DNA of 64,000 nt from Heterodontus francisci (Eukaryota). The DNA is taken from positions 39,628,437-39,692,436 of the forward strand of contig NC_090409.1 of NCBI RefSeq assembly GCF_036365525.1, in the 5' to 3' direction. Made by a program: the position numbers and the translations under genes. Positions 61,390-64,000 of this stretch are shown in pieces. Each line of letters starts with the position of its first letter. Positions within the stretch are counted from its first letter, which is position 1. A model generated the notes under the pieces. It was given only the letters and a program-made list of their open reading frames with translations. It was not told where the DNA came from and did no database searches.

Positions 61390-61585
61390 CCGATAGATAA
61401 CACGACGAAGAGTGTTGCCAAGGCGACAGCCGCTGTGAACTGGATTTCTGTCTGCTTGTCGACTTGCTTGGCAGGTGGCAGGACTGGCTTGGCAGTGGGA
61501 GTTTTCAGAGTTGACCTTTTCTCCAGTAATACATTCTGGAACATGGCTTGCAGCTCGATGCTGCTTTGCAGAGTGCTTCTCATCA
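61390..61585 (-). CDS. Unidentified membrane protein, penultimate coding exon (..MRSTLQSSIELQAMFQNV...FTAAVALATLFVVLSI)
   Basis: Acceptor tcttccctgccctag|, donor cgg|gtgagt, 196 nt of unique sequence with a hydrophobic C-terminal helix; upstream exons are outside the window. Confidence 0.6.
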
Positions 61586-61649
61586 CTAGGGCAGGGAAGA
61601 CAAGCACACAATGAGAAACCACATTCCTTTCCTGCTCACCCTTTGGCTC

Positions 61650-62665
61650 AAACTACCTCACAGCCAATGAACCGCGTTTCTGCTTTTTCCTGCAGCGCGG
61701 TCTCCGTGGTGATGCAGGAAACGCGGCAGCCAGTTTGCGCACAGCAAGATCCCACAAACAGCAATGACCAGATCGTGTCACCTTTTTTGGTTGAGGGATA
61801 AATATTGTCCCCAGGACACAGGGGAGAACTACCCCCCCCCCCACCCCCGCCACCCCACCGACCGGCTCTTCTTCCAAATAGTGGCCGTGGGATCTTTTAC
61901 ACCCGCCTGAGAGGGCAGACGGGGGCCTCGGTCTAATGTCTCATCTGAAAGACGGCACCTCCGACAGTGCGGCTCTCCCTCAGTACTGACCCTCCGACAG
62001 TGCAGCGCTCCCTCAGTACTGACCATCCGACAGTGCAGCGCTCCCTCAGTACTGACACTTCGACAGTGCAGCACTCCCTCAGTACTGACCCTCTGACATT
62101 GCAGCACTCCCTCAGTACTGACCCTCTGACAGTGCAGCGCTCCCTCAGTACTGACCATCCGACAGTGCAGCGCTCCCTCTGTACTGACACTTCGACAGTG
62201 CAGCACTCCCTCAGTACTGACCCTCCGACAGTGCAGTACTCCCTCAGTACTGACCCTCCGACAGTGCGGCACTCCCTCAGTACTGACCCTCTGACAGTGC
62301 GGTACTTCCTCAGTACTGACCCTCCGACAGTGCAGCACTCTCTCAGTACTGACCCTCTGACAGTGCAGCACTCCCTCAGTACTGACCGTCCGACAGTGCA
62401 GCACTCTCTCAGTACTGACCCACCGACAGTGCAGCACTCTCTCAGTACTGACACTTCGACAGTGCAGCGCTCCCTCAGTACTGACCCTCTGACAGTGCGG
62501 CACTCCCTCAGTACTGACCCTCTGACAGTGCAGCACTCCCTCAGTACTGACCCTCTGACAGTGCGGCACTCCCTCAGTACTGCACTGGACGTGTCAGCCT
62601 GGAAATCTGTACACAAGTCTCTGGAGTGGGAGCTGAACCCACAACCTGCTGATTCGGAGGCAAGG
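61650..62665 (-). mobile_element. DeuSINE with ~19-unit 33-bp array
   Basis: Tail, Deu domain, array ~61960-62580, head to ~62665. Confidence 0.85.
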
Positions 62666-62689
62666 ATAATACGGCAGGGTAATAAAATT

Positions 62690-64000
62690 GTGAACGGCAG
62701 GAACCACATCTGCAGCAAGTGTTGGTTGCTGGAAGAACTCCGGCTCAGAGTTGATGATCTGGAATCTGAGCTTCAAACACTGCGGCACATCCGGGAGGGG
62801 GAGAGTTACCTGGACGTTTTGTTTCAGGAGGCAGTCACACCTGGTAGATTAAGTAATTCAAATTCAGTTAGTGATCAGGGACAACAGGGTGTGATTGCAA
62901 GTGAGGCAGGTAGGGAGATGCGTTCAGGAGTGGAGGAGCCTCAGCCTTTGACCTTATCCAACAGGTACGAGATACTTGCTCCCTGTGTGGATGAGGAAAA
63001 GGGCTGTTGGGAGGATGAGCCAACTGACCATGGCACCATGGTGCAGAAGGCCATTCAAGAGGGGGGAGCAAAAAGACAAGTGGTAGTTATAGGAGATTCT
63101 ATAATTAGGGGGATAGATAGTATCCTTTGCAAGCCGGATCGGGAGTCCCGCATGGTGTGTTGCCTGCCCGGTGCCAGGGTGCAGGACATCTCTGACCGGC
63201 TTGAAAGGATATTGGAGCGGGAGGGGGAGGATCCAGTTGTTGTGGTCCACGTTGGGACTAACAACATAAGCAAGGCTAGGATGGAGGACCTGTTTAGGGA
63301 TTATAAAGCACTAGGATCGAAATTAAGGAACAGGTCCTCGAGGGTCATAATCTCCGGATTACTGCCCGAGCCACGTGCAAATTGGCTTAGGGATAAGAAT
63401 ATTAGGGAAGTAAACTCGTGGCTAAGGGAGTGGTGTGGGAAAGATGGGTTCCATTTCATGGGGCATTGGCATCAGTTTTGGAACCGGGGGGATCTGTACC
63501 GATGGGACGGTCTCCACCTGAACCGATCTGGAACCAGTGTTCTAGCGAAATGGATAAATAGGGTGGTCTCTCGGACTTTAAACTAGTGACTCGGGAGGAA
63601 GGGAAAGGGAAAACGACAGGGAGTATGATGATAAATAAAAAGGTAAGCAGCAGGCTAACATGTGTGCAGGAGGGTTTAGGTTCAAGGCAGACGATGAAAG
63701 AAGCAGAAAGGAAGGATAACTCAGGAGTTATCATTAGAGATGTTGGAAATCATGAGGGTAAGAAAGCTAGCATAAAGGCACTTTACCTGAATGCTCGTAG
63801 CATTTATAACAAGGTTGATGAGTTAACGGCACAAATCATCGCGAATAAATATGATTTGGTAGCCATTACGGAGACATGGTTATAGGTGGGTCACGACTGG
63901 GAGTTAAATATCCAGGGGTACCAGACTATTCGGAAGGACAGACAGGAAGGTAAGGGAGGTGGTGTAGCTCTGATATTCAAGGACGACATCAGGGCGGTGC
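62690..64000 (+). mobile_element. CR1 LINE: ORF1 (Zn finger/zipper + SGNH esterase) and start of ORF2 with a premature stop
   Basis: HICSKC, VIGDS, LPGA, HVGTNN, DGLH; ORF2 YLNARS...AITETWL followed by TAG at 63883-63885. Confidence 0.92.

Noticed and set aside
61967-63586. 539-aa ORF fusing repeats to an SGNH esterase
   Set aside because: Chance read-through from an antisense SINE array (non-ATG start) into an ordinary 5'-truncated CR1 ORF1; esterase domains in CR1 ORF1 are well known.

Overview
Vertebrate genomic DNA, almost certainly a cartilaginous fish (inferred from an HE1/V-SINE, SacSINE1-like DeuSINEs, and shark-type CR1, L2, Penelope and Tx1 elements). Most of the window is retroelement debris plus large minisatellites seeded inside retroelements, so most long ORFs in the track are artefacts. 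Spliced genes rebuilt by hand from GT-AG junctions: (1) + strand, a 227-aa single-IgV B7/butyrophilin-like type I membrane protein (exons 4013-4033, 14710-14773, 15908-16231, 20574-20676, 21823-21994) with an IRF/NF-kB/RUNX-like promoter; (2) - strand, a 240-aa BTG3/BTG4-family gene (29522-29350, 27589-27452, 26663-26456, 23974-23771) with mixed BTG3 and BTG4 signatures and a CArG/ETS/CRE promoter; (3) a candidate 91-aa membrane microprotein gene (+, 48689-48878 and 49243-49328); (4) the last two coding exons of an unidentified C-terminally anchored membrane protein (-, 61585-61390 and 58281-58248). Main structural findings: a Tx1 retrotransposon family inserted three times at the same position of a ~70-bp tandem repeat (apparent target specificity), one copy lacking its RT domain; a ~23-kb-offset duplication of the BTG 3' region that predicts a tandem array of the IgV gene; a tRNA-headed single-ORF LINE with its own deletion-derived SINE; a 9.9-kb block inserted in register into an 81-bp minisatellite with a 15-bp duplication; a dense NF-kB site cluster; and identical variant series shared by distant SINE-borne minisatellites. 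TE boundaries are approximate, and family comparisons are from memory, not from database searches.
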